DNA of 32,000 bases from Trichodesmium erythraeum IMS101 (GTDB lineage Bacteria > Cyanobacteriota > Cyanobacteriia > Cyanobacteriales > Microcoleaceae). Below, in pieces: positions 18,487-29,322 of the stretch; within the stretch, counting starts at the first letter, position 1, and every line of letters starts with the position of its first letter. The stretch spans positions 6,300,001-6,332,000 of the forward strand of contig NC_008312.1 in the NCBI RefSeq assembly GCF_000014265.1, given 5' to 3'. The translations under genes were made by a program, and so were the position numbers. Under the pieces are notes generated by a model. That model worked only from the letters and a program-made list of their open reading frames with translations, made no database searches and had not been told where the DNA came from.

Positions 18487-19090
18487 ATTTTGCAGATAAT
18501 AATTAATTATTATAAATCTCGCTAAATTAAAATTTCAAAAGTATTCAATAGATTGATTATGTCTATCTATAATACTAGAGAAAAACCTTCTTAAAATAAT
18601 AGATATAAGTACACAATTTTTGAATTTTAGGTAATAGTAAGAAATACTAGAAGAACAAACTTAAAAATTTTACTTATCAGTTCTCAAGATCTGTAGCAAT
18701 AGAGAAAAAATCAAATCTAAAATTCCCTTTTTTATAGCCCTCAAAGAGGAAACTTTAGACCTTATTTATTGGCAAATAAAATTTTAAAAATAAGTTTGAC
18801 CACAAAACAATAATAGTCTATAATTTACCTGAAATTAATTTCAAAAACTATATAAACCTATTGTAGGTTTTATCTGTTAACAATATCTAAAGTTCACAGA
18901 TAACTGGATAGTAAGTATCGGTAAAGTAGAGATAAAACCAGTTTCAATATAACACTTGTACTCTATTTTTTCCAAGTCAGGAAAATTAAGAATCAAGGCT
19001 AAAAACAGGTAAATTTAGCTACACTACCTTACTTAATAATGCAAAAAAGTTACTCTAAAAGTTGGGAATATTAAAGTAAATTATATAAAT

Positions 19091-21223
19091 ATGACAAGCC
19101 GTGATTCAGGGATTAATAACAACCCAGAGGCATCGTGGCATTTAAAATCTAAGCAACTACCAATGTGGGTTCGTAGATGTGGTGCTTGGGCTACGGAAAT
19201 ATCCCTCGTTCTAGTGAGTGGAACAGTTCCATTTTGGCTAGGTCAGTTAGGTAACATAGGTAACAAATCTGTTCCTCTTAATCCTGCTGTAGCAAAAACT
19301 AAAGAAGTAATTGCCAATACCTTCGGAATTCCTTTGCGAAATCGTTATCAAAAAGTAACCCCTTTAGCTAATTTACTATGGTCAACAGCATTATTAACTC
19401 CTGCAGTAATTATAAGTTGGCAGTTATTTTTATTAGCGACAACAGGTCAAACATTACCTAAACGTTGGTTTGAAGTTAGAGTAGTGGCAGCTTTAGGAAA
19501 TTCTCCTGGTTGGAAAAAAACCTTGATTCGTGAGGGTTTGGGAAAGTGGGGATTTCCCATGGGAACTGCCTACTTAATTTGGCGTATGACTGGAGCATTT
19601 CCTTCTTTAGGAATCCTTTTTTTCTTAGGAGGATTAACTTCCTGTATTGATATTTATTTTGTTCGTTTTAATAAACTGGGTCGTACAGGGCATGATAAAT
19701 TAGGAAATACTTTTGTTATAGATGCTCGCTCTGGTCAATTAGATTCTAATCCCTTTAATTTAAGTGATACTAATAGAAAAACTTCCATAGCAACAATTGT
19801 TCTGAGTGAAAAAAAATCAGAAAGTTTTCATCTATGGTCTTGGATGCGAAAAAATCCAGGGGTGACTTGGCTAATTGTGACTAGTGTAGGTATAGTCTCA
19901 GTTTTGGGAACTATTTTTGGTACTCACGTTTATATTCAAAATCAAGCAAATTGGCGTGAGTTTAAACAACAAGATAATGATATGTTTTTGGCTCTTATCA
20001 ATAAATTGTCATTAACTTCCAATGAACCTCAGCAACGACGAGTATCAGTTTTAGCCCTTGGGTCCACTCAAGATCCCCGTGCCATACCATTATTGGTAGA
20101 TTTGTTAGCACAAGAAAAGGAACCAAGCATACTTGACGGAATTCAACAATCTTTAGTTAGTGCTGGACCTACTGTGCTGCCAGAACTGCGTCGCTTAAAT
20201 CAAGCTCTTAAAAATGATCTGGAGTCTTTAAGTTATGGTAGTAATACTAAAGAGCAAGTCTTAGTATCTCTGCGAATACGAGCCACTCAAAAAGCGATCG
20301 CCAAAATTCTCAAAGTTTATAGTGGCTCACTTTCACTTAGAGATATTAACTTGAGTGGGGTCGATTTAGGTCAAATTACTTCGACTCCAGCAAGTTTCAC
20401 CTTAATCTTAGAAAACACTGATTTATCTGGAATTAAGCTCAGAAGTGCTATTCTCAATCAGGCTAGCTTTAAAAATAGTCGCTTCTATGGACCTGGAAAA
20501 GATAATCGTATAGGAACTTTTGATGACTCAATTGCCGATTTAAGTGGGGCCAATCTGATAGAAGTCAATTTAACAGGTGCTGTATTAGGTCCAGTTATTA
20601 TGAAACGTGCAGATTTATTCAGAGCAACTCTTAGTAAAGCTATAATGCCAGGCTCCACCATAACACAAGCAAATTTCAGTAGTGCCAAATTAATAGAAAC
20701 TAACTTACACCAAGCAAACTTAACAGAGGCAACTTTTACTGGTGCAGACCTAGGAAGTGCTGATTTATCAAAGGCTAATTTATACAGAGCTAATTTAAGT
20801 AAAGTCAAAGCTGAAGGTACTACTTTCCAATTATCTGATCTAAGAGAATCTAACTGGCAAGGAGCAAATTTATCGGGAGCAAATTTCAGTAGAGCTAATT
20901 TAAAAAAAGCAGACCTAAGTTTAGCCTTATTAACTAATGCCAACTTTCGGAATGCTCAACTGCAAAATGCTAATTTGCGAAATACCGATATAAGTTTAGC
21001 AGATTTGCGAGGAGCAAATCTAAGTGGAACTGATTTCAAAGGAGCAAAATTTGCAGCTCCAAAACCTAATCAGACGGATCAATTTTTGGCCAGCCCAATA
21101 GATACATTTAAATCCGATCATTTAAGAGGAGTTAATTTCAATTCTGCTAAAAACTTAAGCCCTAATCAAATTAATTATATTTGTAAACAGGGAGGAATTC
21201 ACGAAAAATGTGGGGGCAATTGA
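19091..21223 (+). CDS. Multidomain membrane protein: N-terminal RDD domain, HEAT-like repeats and a long pentapeptide-repeat C-terminal domain
   Basis: RDD-type TM region (VRRCGAWATEISLVLVSG...GQTLPKRWFEVRVV...GHDKLGNTFVIDA) and an extra TM helix. HEAT-like RRVSVLALGSTQDPRAIPLLVDLL. More than 40 A(D/N)LxX pentapeptide units (ANLSGANFSRANLKKADLS...). Confidence 0.85.
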   Translation: MTSRDSGINNNPEASWHLKSKQLPMWVRRCGAWATEISLVLVSGTVPFWLGQLGNIGNKSVPLNPAVAKTKEVIANTFGIPLRNRYQKVTPLANLLWSTALLTPAVIISWQLFLLATTGQTLPKRWFEVRVVAALGNSPGWKKTLIREGLGKWGFPMGTAYLIWRMTGAFPSLGILFFLGGLTSCIDIYFVRFNKLGRTGHDKLGNTFVIDARSGQLDSNPFNLSDTNRKTSIATIVLSEKKSESFHLWSWMRKNPGVTWLIVTSVGIVSVLGTIFGTHVYIQNQANWREFKQQDNDMFLALINKLSLTSNEPQQRRVSVLALGSTQDPRAIPLLVDLLAQEKEPSILDGIQQSLVSAGPTVLPELRRLNQALKNDLESLSYGSNTKEQVLVSLRIRATQKAIAKILKVYSGSLSLRDINLSGVDLGQITSTPASFTLILENTDLSGIKLRSAILNQASFKNSRFYGPGKDNRIGTFDDSIADLSGANLIEVNLTGAVLGPVIMKRADLFRATLSKAIMPGSTITQANFSSAKLIETNLHQANLTEATFTGADLGSADLSKANLYRANLSKVKAEGTTFQLSDLRESNWQGANLSGANFSRANLKKADLSLALLTNANFRNAQLQNANLRNTDISLADLRGANLSGTDFKGAKFAAPKPNQTDQFLASPIDTFKSDHLRGVNFNSAKNLSPNQINYICKQGGIHEKCGGN
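20294..20301. repeat. HIP1 octamer GCGATCGC
   Basis: Exact octamer. Confidence 0.95.
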
Positions 21224-21490
21224 GTTAGGAGGAAAAAAGTAGCTCAAACTGGAAAAAAATGAGAAGTCTTGAGTTATCTTAATCAGGACTTACCAAAAAA
21301 ATAGAATTATATACCTTATATAGGGGTTAACAGCCGTCAATCCCTATATAGGTTAGGACATTTGACAATTCCTATAATATAAATATTTTACCTATAAGAC
21401 TAACACTAGGAGTCTTGATAGTAAACGTAAAACCGGAAAGAAAAAAATCTCTGAGGGCAAGTGCGCAATAAAGCAAAAAGCCACTATTCG

Positions 21491-21537
21491 AAACAGAAAA
21501 GAATCCCGGGCTATCTCGCATATAACAGCGTCGGGAT
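21491..21537 (-). terminator. Candidate fba terminator
   Basis: Minus strand: ATCCCG ..23-nt loop.. CGGGAT (21503-21537), then TCTTTTCTGTTT. It lies about 87 nt after the stop. The loop is large. Confidence 0.3.
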
Positions 21538-21623
21538 GATATCAATTCAAGAACTTCTGATCAACTAATTAAATTAATTAGATAATTAAGAACTTGGAAT
21601 AAAAATTATAATTTTGCTACAAA

Positions 21624-22703
21624 CTATACTGCAACTGCTGTCTTAGTAGTAGCAGCTAATTCTCCACGAGCATATCTATCAGCAAACTCATCTAAAGTTT
21701 GAACCTTAATCTTACTAGCATTACCAGCAGTACCAAACTGTTGATAACGATCTAGACATACTTGCTTCATATACTTGATAGAAGGCTTCAAGAAATGACG
21801 AGGGTCAAAGTTAGAAGGATCTTTAGCAGCAGCTTCACGAATAGCAGCAGTAATGGCCAAGCGATTATCAGTATCAATATTCACCTTACGAACACCACTC
21901 TTGATTCCTTTTTGAATTTCTTCAACAGGCACACCGTAAGTTTCTGGAATCTTACCACCATACTCGTTAATAATTGCCAACAAATCTTCAGGTACAGAAG
22001 AAGACCCGTGCATCACTAAGTGAGTATTAGGTAAGCGACGATGAATTTCTTCAATTCGGCTAATAGCTAAAATTTCTCCTGTAGGTTTACGGGTAAACTT
22101 GTAAGCTCCATGGCTAGTACCAATAGCAACTGCTAGAGCATCTACTTGGGTTTGTTCTACAAATTGAACAGCTTCATCTGGATCTGTTAAAAGTTGGTCG
22201 TGGGAAAGCTTACCTTCTGCTCCATGACCATCTTCCTTATCTCCCATACCAGTTTCCAAGGAACCTAAACAACCTAACTCACCTTCTACACTTACTCCAA
22301 TGGAGTGAGCAACTTTAACTACTTCACTAGTAACATTAACATTATATTCAAAGCTAGCTGGAGTTTTACCGTCTGCCTCTAGAGAACCATCCATCATTAC
22401 GCTAGTGAAACCATGGCGCATAGCAGAATAGCAAGTAGAGGGTGCATTACCATGATCCTGGTGCATAGCAATGGGAAGATGAGGGTAAGTCTCTACTGCA
22501 GCCAAAATTAAGTGACGTAGGAAATTTTCACCAGCATATTTGCGAGCTCCACGAGAAGCTTGGAGAATTACAGGGCTGTCTGCTTCCTCTGCGGCCTGCA
22601 TAATGGACTGAATTTGCTCCATGTTGTTGACATTATATGCAGGGATGCCATAACCGTTTTCTGCTGCGTGGTCTAGTAGTAAACGCATTGGTACAATAGC
22701 CAT
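21624..22703 (-). CDS. fba: Class II fructose-1,6-bisphosphate aldolase (Calvin-cycle FbaA/CbbA type)
   Basis: [57 protein letters not shown]. Strong SD (AGGAGGAAAAGGTATG). Confidence 0.95.
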   Translation of the reverse strand: MAIVPMRLLLDHAAENGYGIPAYNVNNMEQIQSIMQAAEEADSPVILQASRGARKYAGENFLRHLILAAVETYPHLPIAMHQDHGNAPSTCYSAMRHGFTSVMMDGSLEADGKTPASFEYNVNVTSEVVKVAHSIGVSVEGELGCLGSLETGMGDKEDGHGAEGKLSHDQLLTDPDEAVQFVEQTQVDALAVAIGTSHGAYKFTRKPTGEILAISRIEEIHRRLPNTHLVMHGSSSVPEDLLAIINEYGGKIPETYGVPVEEIQKGIKSGVRKVNIDTDNRLAITAAIREAAAKDPSNFDPRHFLKPSIKYMKQVCLDRYQQFGTAGNASKIKVQTLDEFADRYARGELAATTKTAVAV

Positions 22704-23344
22704 ACCTTTTCCTCCTAATATCCTTTTGTTATTATTATTAGCTTATTAGTAACTTGATTTACCTAAGCTTAATTCTTACGATAATATTAAGACAAATTGA
22801 AGATTCTGTCTATCAATATTATATATTTGGTTTTATCAACCTAATAGTTAAAAATGGGACTCATCAACCCCAATTAAAGGCCATATTTTAGAAATGATCC
22901 ATACTGAGAATAGGCTCAAAAATTATGATTAATGAGGTTAGAATTCAGAGGTCACCATAAATTGGAATTAATTAGGAGGTAGTCCGATATATTTGTCCCT
23001 TCATCTTTTGTGCAATTATTCGGTCCCTAATAACAACATAAATGAGCAAGAGCCAGCCAAAAGGTAGAACTTTTTCCACCGAAAAAGATACTTGTTAATG
23101 TCAGTCAATGCTTTTAGATTTAATCAGTAAGCCCTAATTAATATCTGGGAAGATAGATCCAACAAGAGGCAACTAAAGAATTAAGGAATTATAAATTTTA
23201 TTGCCAATCAAAATATCTGAAGGTTAGTTAACTGAAAGACTATATTCCAAGGAAATAGACATAGAAATCCTTTCACCATTTGCGATCAACAGAAATATTT
23301 CACCACACAGTTCACTACTTATAGATTAAATCAAATAGTTATAA

Positions 23345-23416
<72 letters not shown>

Positions 23417-23430
23417 TCACATACTTAATA

Positions 23431-23460
23431 AGAATAGCATAGCCATTAGGAACATTGCAA
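23431..23460 (-). promoter_or_regulatory. Candidate sigma70-type promoter for tRNA-Lys
   Basis: Minus strand: TTGCAA - 18 nt - TATTCT, with the -10 box ending 14 nt before the mature tRNA 5' end. Confidence 0.3.
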
Positions 23461-23863
23461 GAGTTTTCCGAAAAAAATTCAGATTTTGTGAAAAGTTTTG
23501 ACATCTTCTCCAAACTTTAGGGACGGAAACTACCGTATCACTTCTTTTTGAGTTATCTGACCAGAAGACCTAGGCTCTAAATTAACCAGACGATCACCTG
23601 TATTGAGAGAATTATCAGGAGCATCATTCTATAATTATTTTCAATAAAAATCCAGGTTTTGAATAGCAACCTTGTTATTCGTCTTTGGATATGACCAAAA
23701 ATTAGTCTTAAGGTTTGTAAAGGTCAATCCTAACAAGGAGGATAATTTTTACATAGAACTGAGAAAATGGGCTCTCAAAAACAATATAGCCAAAACTACA
23801 ACAAATAATAAATTAAACCCAGGGTCAAAATAGAAACAAATTCGACCCAAAACTGGCCAGGCT

Positions 23864-24739
23864 TTGCTTGGTGTAGTGATAGTTATCATAATGTTTGTTG
23901 TCCCAATACAAAAATTTAATGCTACTTCAGCACCTATCACTATATTCACAGACTCAGGGCAAGCTTTTGGGAATTCTAAGAGCTCAGGTATAAGTTTAAG
24001 AGATGTGAATGGAGATAAAGAATTTGATGCTTTTGTTGCTAATTTTGACAATCAACCTAACAAAGTTTGGTTTAATGATAGTAATTTTACATTCACAGAC
24101 TCTAAGCAAACTTTGGGGAATTTTTATAGCTTAGGTGTAAGTTTAGGAGATGTGGATGGAAATAATGACCTTGATACTTTTGTTACTAATACTAGGCAAC
24201 CTAACAAAGGTTGGTTGAATAATCTCGATCCATCTCCCATTTGTAACAATACATCTGCGAACAAAGTTGTTAATGGCAGCTTTGAAGAACCTGAAATCTA
24301 TATTTGTCAATTATCGAAAGAATCAATCAAGGGTTGGAATTTGGTTGAGGGACCATATATCGAACTTGATAGTTCAAAGATCGTTAAACCATACGATGGC
24401 TCACAAGTTTTGGATCTAGATAGTATAAATGCAAGAACTAAAATTTCTCAGAAAATTTCTACCGTACCACCGAAGACCTACAAATTAACTTTTGCCTATC
24501 AAGCTACTAATAATCTTCAGGCAGAAGTCGAACATTAAAAACTCAATGTATATTTTGGAAATGAATTAGTTGATGCCATTGATGAATTTGACAGTAATAC
24601 TGAATGGCAGGAAAAAACTTATGACCTAACAGTTGAAAGTGACCAAACAGTTCTCAGCTTTAATCATCTAAATGAGGAAATAGCTAATGGTTTCGGCATT
24701 CGTCTTGATGACATTACTCTGAAAAAATGTCGAAAATAA
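23864..24739 (+). pseudogene. FG-GAP-repeat / DUF642-like secreted protein gene interrupted by one in-frame TAA (24536-24538)
   Basis: Two 147-nt FG-GAP units (LRDVNGDKEFDAFVANFDNQPNKVWFND; LGDVDGNNDLDTFVTNTRQPNKGWLNN). Then a DUF642-like domain (VVNGSFEEP...GWNLVEG.YIELD...YDGSQVLDLDS...YKLTFAYQ). The same frame continues after the TAA for 66 more codons (KLNVYFGNELV...EWQEKTYDLTVESDQTVLSFNH...GIRLDDITLKKCRK*), completing that domain. There is no ATG start in the signal-peptide region; only TTG 23864 is available. Confidence 0.7.
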
Positions 24740-24827
24740 AATCAGTAAAAAGCCCAAAATTGACTACAAAATTTTTAGCTTTTTTTGTACTTCCTATCAT
24801 TAGGGTTGATGAAGATTAGTTAAAATT

Positions 24828-24866
24828 AAAAAGCCTGTGTAAAAGCTCCGAAGACACAGGCTTTTT
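24828..24866. terminator. Bidirectional rho-independent terminator between two convergent genes
   Basis: AAAAA GCCTGTGT aaaagctccgaag ACACAGGC TTTTT. Perfect 8-bp stem, with an A-run and a T-run giving a U-tail on both strands. Confidence 0.7.
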
Positions 24867-25133
24867 ATTTGTTAAAGGCAATGTACACAAATGAAGTCAA
24901 AGTCAAGGATAAAGATAATTACAGTAGTTAAAAAAAACTATTAATATCTATTAGTTAAATGAGAAAAAGTGAATTAAACTGTTAATTGGATTGATTGAAA
25001 TTTGGTAAATTTTTGGAAATATACCGTAAGTATTAGTGCCAAATTCATTACACATCTCTTCTACTTTTGAGAATAACAAAACACAAAGAGTAGGACTACT
25101 AGCAGTTAGTTTTTGATATTTGTATAACCTTAA

Positions 25134-26900
25134 TTAAATTTGTAAACGAGGCAATTCAATAAAAGGTTCTTTGATAAATGGCTTTTTAATGAAAGGATCT
25201 ATTCTTTCTTTAGGAGTGGGTGCAGGACTTAATATTGGTGGTAAAGAAAAGCTATTATTATTATTACTTGCTTCTTGCTCTGAATTATTATGAGAAGAGC
25301 TTGTAGGATTTGGATCAGCTTGTGGAGATTTTAGAGGTAACTCAGGTAAAATTGGAGTTGAGAAAGTTTTAGAATTTTCTTCCCTAGGAAAAGAGTCAAT
25401 ACCAACAAAATTAAAATCATCATTTATCGTATTTATTATTATAGGAGTTCTCATTGGCTGGTGAAAAATACTAGAAATTTGAGCAATGTGTTTAAGAATT
25501 TCTTTACCTTTTTCACCTTTGACAATGTGGGGTTGGTACTTACTAACCACTACAGGCAAAAACTCAATCTTCATTTTTCCTGGTTTTAAAGATACCTTCA
25601 AAACTGCTGTGTCATAATCACTCTCTTTGTTAGAAGTGTCTCCAAAAATAAAATTTCCCAAAGAATATATAATAGGTCGTCCCCGATAAATTTCTGCCCC
25701 CTGCAATACTTTAGGATGATGTCCTACTACCAAATCAGCACCTTGGTCAATTGTCATCCTCGCTATATTCATCTGCCAATCTCCAGGATATTCTGAGAGT
25801 TGAACCCCCCAATGATAATTAACAATTATCCAGTCTACCTGCTTCTTCAAAATTTGAATATCTGAAGAGAGCCTATCCTTATTCCGACTATTTACATATA
25901 CTGATTCAGTAGTTGGTTGAATATCTGTATCATAGTAATTGAGATATGCAATCTTTTGGCCTTTAACTTCAAAAATTTTTGGCCTTCTAGCCTCTTCTTC
26001 TGTTTTGCCCGCTCCTAAAGAATGAATACCCGCATTCTCTAAAGTTTCTATTGTCTCTAACAAACTTTTTTGCTCATAACCCAAAGTATGGTCATTAGCT
26101 AAATTTACCAGATCAACTCCTCCTGAGGTTAATGCCTTAACATAACTAGGATTTACCGTTGATTTTTGTTGCTGAGTTCTACTGTTGAGAGTAGAACGGG
26201 TCAAAGGACTTTCCAGGTTAACTATTGATAAGTCTGCAGCCCTATACTCATTCATTTTAGCAAAAGGTAACTTATAATCTCTCTTTACTAAATTAGAAAC
26301 TTGGTTAGATAAATTAACATCTCCACCAAACATTAAAGTCACCATAGGATCCTGGGAGTTTTGTACCTTTCTATGCTCCACAACTCTCACCTTTTCTATA
26401 GCAGTTTCTACCCATTGACCTGAGGTTGAATTTCGTACCAAAACACTATAATAACTTACTAAAATACCTATAATGAAAGCTGCAACCGCTGAACTGAGTA
26501 AGATCAAATAACGAAATGTTTGAAATTGCAAATTATCACTTTTGTTTACAAAATTAGATTGCTTATTGAAATTTTTTTTTGCATGAGAATTAATTCTGAC
26601 AGAGTGTTTCCATAGTATATTAGGTGAACCACTTAAACGCCCCACAATTTTTACTTTTTCTAGTGTAGGATAGTTAAGTTGAGAAAGTTGATAACAGATA
26701 AACTTAATTAATCTATCTACAGGAGGTTGAGTCTGAAACTCTACTAAAACTTCTAGATATCCAGTATTTTCTTTAGCTATACGAGCTGAAATTCCTTGAG
26801 GTTTAAGTTTTTTATTAATCCATTGACTAATTGCCTGAAAATCACCGGAACTTGCTAATTCAAAAAGAGATTTTTGAGTCAAATTAGGTATGTAATTCAT
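25134..26900 (-). CDS. CapA-family (PGA_cap / metallophosphatase-like) protein with an N-terminal cyanobacterial module, a TM helix and a Pro-rich C-terminal tail
   Basis: TLMFGGDVNL, VNLANDHTLGY, VNYHWGVQ, GADLVVGHHPKVLQG, IYSLGNFIF. TM helix FRYLILLSSAVAAFIIGILVSYY. The C-terminus has PFIKKPFIKEPFIELP. Confidence 0.8.
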   Translation of the reverse strand: MNYIPNLTQKSLFELASSGDFQAISQWINKKLKPQGISARIAKENTGYLEVLVEFQTQPPVDRLIKFICYQLSQLNYPTLEKVKIVGRLSGSPNILWKHSVRINSHAKKNFNKQSNFVNKSDNLQFQTFRYLILLSSAVAAFIIGILVSYYSVLVRNSTSGQWVETAIEKVRVVEHRKVQNSQDPMVTLMFGGDVNLSNQVSNLVKRDYKLPFAKMNEYRAADLSIVNLESPLTRSTLNSRTQQQKSTVNPSYVKALTSGGVDLVNLANDHTLGYEQKSLLETIETLENAGIHSLGAGKTEEEARRPKIFEVKGQKIAYLNYYDTDIQPTTESVYVNSRNKDRLSSDIQILKKQVDWIIVNYHWGVQLSEYPGDWQMNIARMTIDQGADLVVGHHPKVLQGAEIYRGRPIIYSLGNFIFGDTSNKESDYDTAVLKVSLKPGKMKIEFLPVVVSKYQPHIVKGEKGKEILKHIAQISSIFHQPMRTPIIINTINDDFNFVGIDSFPREENSKTFSTPILPELPLKSPQADPNPTSSSHNNSEQEASNNNNSFSLPPILSPAPTPKERIDPFIKKPFIKEPFIELPRLQI

Positions 26901-27110
26901 ATTTTAGATATTGTAAAGTTTTTCAACTTGTTGTATTCACCAACTTATCTTTAAGTTATAGAAGCAAAGAAATCATGTTTGTATAACTATAAAATTTGCC
27001 AATTAAAAACATATTATACTGTGGTACTTTCAACTTTTGGGCTAAAAACATTAATATCTTTATAAGCTGAGATTAGGAACTATGATGTTATTTGAAATGA
27101 AAAATACCAT

Positions 27111-27120
27111 AATTTCTCAG
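27111..27120. repeat. Left target-site duplication AATTTCTCAG of the MITE
   Basis: Identical 10-mer abutting both element ends (27111-27120 and 27377-27386). Confidence 0.75.
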
Positions 27121-27376
27121 TAAGCATTCAGCTGTCAGCTATGAGCTATTAAATCATTCTATTTGGAAGAGTGAATTAGTATCCAAAGAGAATTAAAAAG
27201 TTATGTTTGCAAAGCATTCTATATTCCATTTGCCCTGCATTTTGTTTGCTTCCTATTCCCTATGTTAGGAAAGTAGAGGAAAGGATAGAAAATGTAATTG
27301 GTCATTGGGTAACCTTGGTAGTTGCTTGGCAGTTATTAAAAAGTGCTCGAGCTAATTGCTAATAGCTGAATACTTA
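27121..27376. mobile_element. 256-bp non-autonomous transposable element (MITE) with imperfect terminal inverted repeats
   Basis: Left end: TAAGCATTCAGCTGTCAGCTATGAGCT. Reverse complement of the right end: TAAGTATTCAGCTATTAGCAATTAGCT. They match at 22/27 positions. A perfect 10-bp direct repeat flanks the element. It has no ORF. Confidence 0.7.
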
Positions 27377-27386
27377 AATTTCTCAG
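27377..27386. repeat. Right target-site duplication AATTTCTCAG of the MITE
   Basis: See the left TSD. Confidence 0.75.
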
Positions 27387-28588
27387 ATAAGTTTAATCAA
27401 ATATTAAGTGAGGAGAAGTTATTAATTCAATGAACAAGGATGAATATTGTAGACTTTTGACCTGGAAAAGTTATACTAAATCTATCATAGTGAAAGTATG
27501 GCTAATTATGAAAAAGTTAGAGAATATTTGTCAAGCGTGCCTCACACTTTATCTATAGATTGATAGTAACTTTGACTTCATAAAGTATTTTCATAGTTAA
27601 AAATTTTTCTCTGACGACAATAAATAGAAGCAGTCTTGTTTGAGAGGGTATTTTTTTCAAGTTACAGCCCGTGCTAAATTAATAATTGGGCCATAAAAAA
27701 AGCCTACTGTTATATCAGCATTTTGTTTGAGTTGTGTTCTGAAAAAAAAAGATTATATTGGAAGATGAATAGGGTGGTTTCTTATGGAATCCTCTTTAAA
27801 CTATGGCTTTGTTAACAGTTTATGAAGTCAAAATTTTGAGTATATTTAGTATAATAGTAAACGTAGTTAAGAACTTAATTATAATTTGCTCGCTTTAGCT
27901 AAATAAAATGAAAAAGCTGTAAAAATAACTACAAAGTTTGACCTGAAATAATTTTCACAGATAATTCATTGTAAACAGCTTTTTGCACCCTTTGTATAGA
28001 TAATCAGAATGTTGATGAAAATTTGACTATAAAAGCAAAGTTTCTGTACTAACAAAAGATATTAATTTGCCTTGGACTAAAAAAACAAAACTATTAGGCC
28101 ATATAGGCATCAACCCATAGAGTATGGCAATCAATATCATGATTCTATCAAAATGCTATTTTAGTTGTAATCTTTTGCTGGTGCTGAAGAATTAGGATCC
28201 AGTAGTCATAACTTCAATATTTTTAGTTAAAACTAGCTATTATAAAAATTGTCATAACCAATGATCAGATTGCTATATTACATTTATTCATGCTAATATA
28301 GAAAAAAAGTGGGTTCTAAGTTACAACTTATTATAATAAACTTTAAGTAAATATAAGAAACCAGAAATTTATTTTAATAAGTTTTTTTTGGATAGTCAAC
28401 AGAAAATATTCATAGATTTCAGAAAAGACAAACAAAAGTGGATAAACTGTAAAACTATCTATCTATAAAAAATGATACTAACCCCTGATCAAGCTTTAAC
28501 CCACTGAAAAGTTAAAAACAAGAAAACCACTGCACTAGAGGTGTAGTGAATATGTCAACAAATTATTAATTGGGAGTGTAACTAGCCA

Positions 28589-28903
28589 ATGCTACAACGC
28601 AAGATATATCAACTTTGTTGCGATGGTCGTGAGGTCTGTATTTTCTTGCGAGACCAGCAGCGTTGGATTGAGAAAGCAAAGATATTAGACATAGAGGGAG
28701 ATTTAGTAACAATACGTTATGAAACAGATGAAGAGGATGAAATCTGTTCTTGGGAAGAAATGGTGCGTTTAGAAAGTATTGGGGCTATTACCCAAAAGTT
28801 AGCCTCTGTTCCCAAGGCTGATATTGACCTTCTAGTATCTGAAGATTGTCCAGAAGCTGAACAAATTCGCAATCAGTATCCAGAATCCAATCAACAGGAA
28901 TAA
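28589..28903 (+). CDS. Hypothetical acidic protein (104 aa)
   Basis: Clean ATG ORF with non-repetitive composition (..LDIEGDLVTIRYETDEEDEICSWEEMVRLESIG..). No family recognised. Confidence 0.5.
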   Translation: MLQRKIYQLCCDGREVCIFLRDQQRWIEKAKILDIEGDLVTIRYETDEEDEICSWEEMVRLESIGAITQKLASVPKADIDLLVSEDCPEAEQIRNQYPESNQQE

Positions 28904-29322
28904 TACATAATGGGAATAGACGATTTATGACTAAGTTATTTTGGCTAAGTATGTTAACACACTCGTTTTGTTTTTTATGATACATTAGTTTGAGTAATGC
29001 TCAACCTTGAGAAAAATTTCAAAAAATTACGAAACTAAGATTTTCTCAATGGATGTTTTCCCAGATGTGAGAGGGAGAAATTCTGAAAAATTAATATGCT
29101 ATAACTATTACCTATTGCTCATTCTCTGCCAAGGGCAAAAGTATCTTGTTAATAAACTGTGGGCTATTTTAATAAGCTCTGGTTTATCAGGTTTGTTGAG
29201 AATATACTTTTCAATTACGATATTTATTTAATTTGAAAAACACTACATATAAGAATCAGTAAATTAGATTGTTGTCCCCTAATTCTCTGGCTTCACTATT
29301 AAACTTTTTCAGCAAACCCTAA

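Noticed and set aside
20485-20943. 152-aa ORF antisense to the pentapeptide-repeat region
   Set aside because: The periodic A(D/N)LxX-coding DNA keeps the opposite strand open by chance. The product is itself a degenerate K/A/L repeat, and the ORF lies entirely inside a strongly supported gene.
23749-24051. 100-aa minus-strand ORF
   Set aside because: It is antisense to the 5' end of the FG-GAP gene, whose repeat motifs give far better coding evidence. No SD and no motif.
27540-27547. CCTCACAC, resembling the core of the cyanobacterial Yfr1 sRNA motif (ACUCCUCACAC)
   Set aside because: Only 8 of 11 motif bases are present, and the two flanking stem-loops that define Yfr1 are not evident.
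27430-27558. 42-codon ORF (MNKDEYCRLLTWKSY...CQACLTLYL) with GAGGAG 14 nt upstream
   Set aside because: It is short, the SD spacing is long, there is no terminator after it and I cannot assess conservation. The evidence is too weak to call.
29007-29231. 74-aa + strand ORF between the 104-aa gene and the MBL hydrolase gene
   Set aside because: Non-ATG start, no SD, low-complexity I/L/Y/K-rich product typical of random AT-rich sequence.
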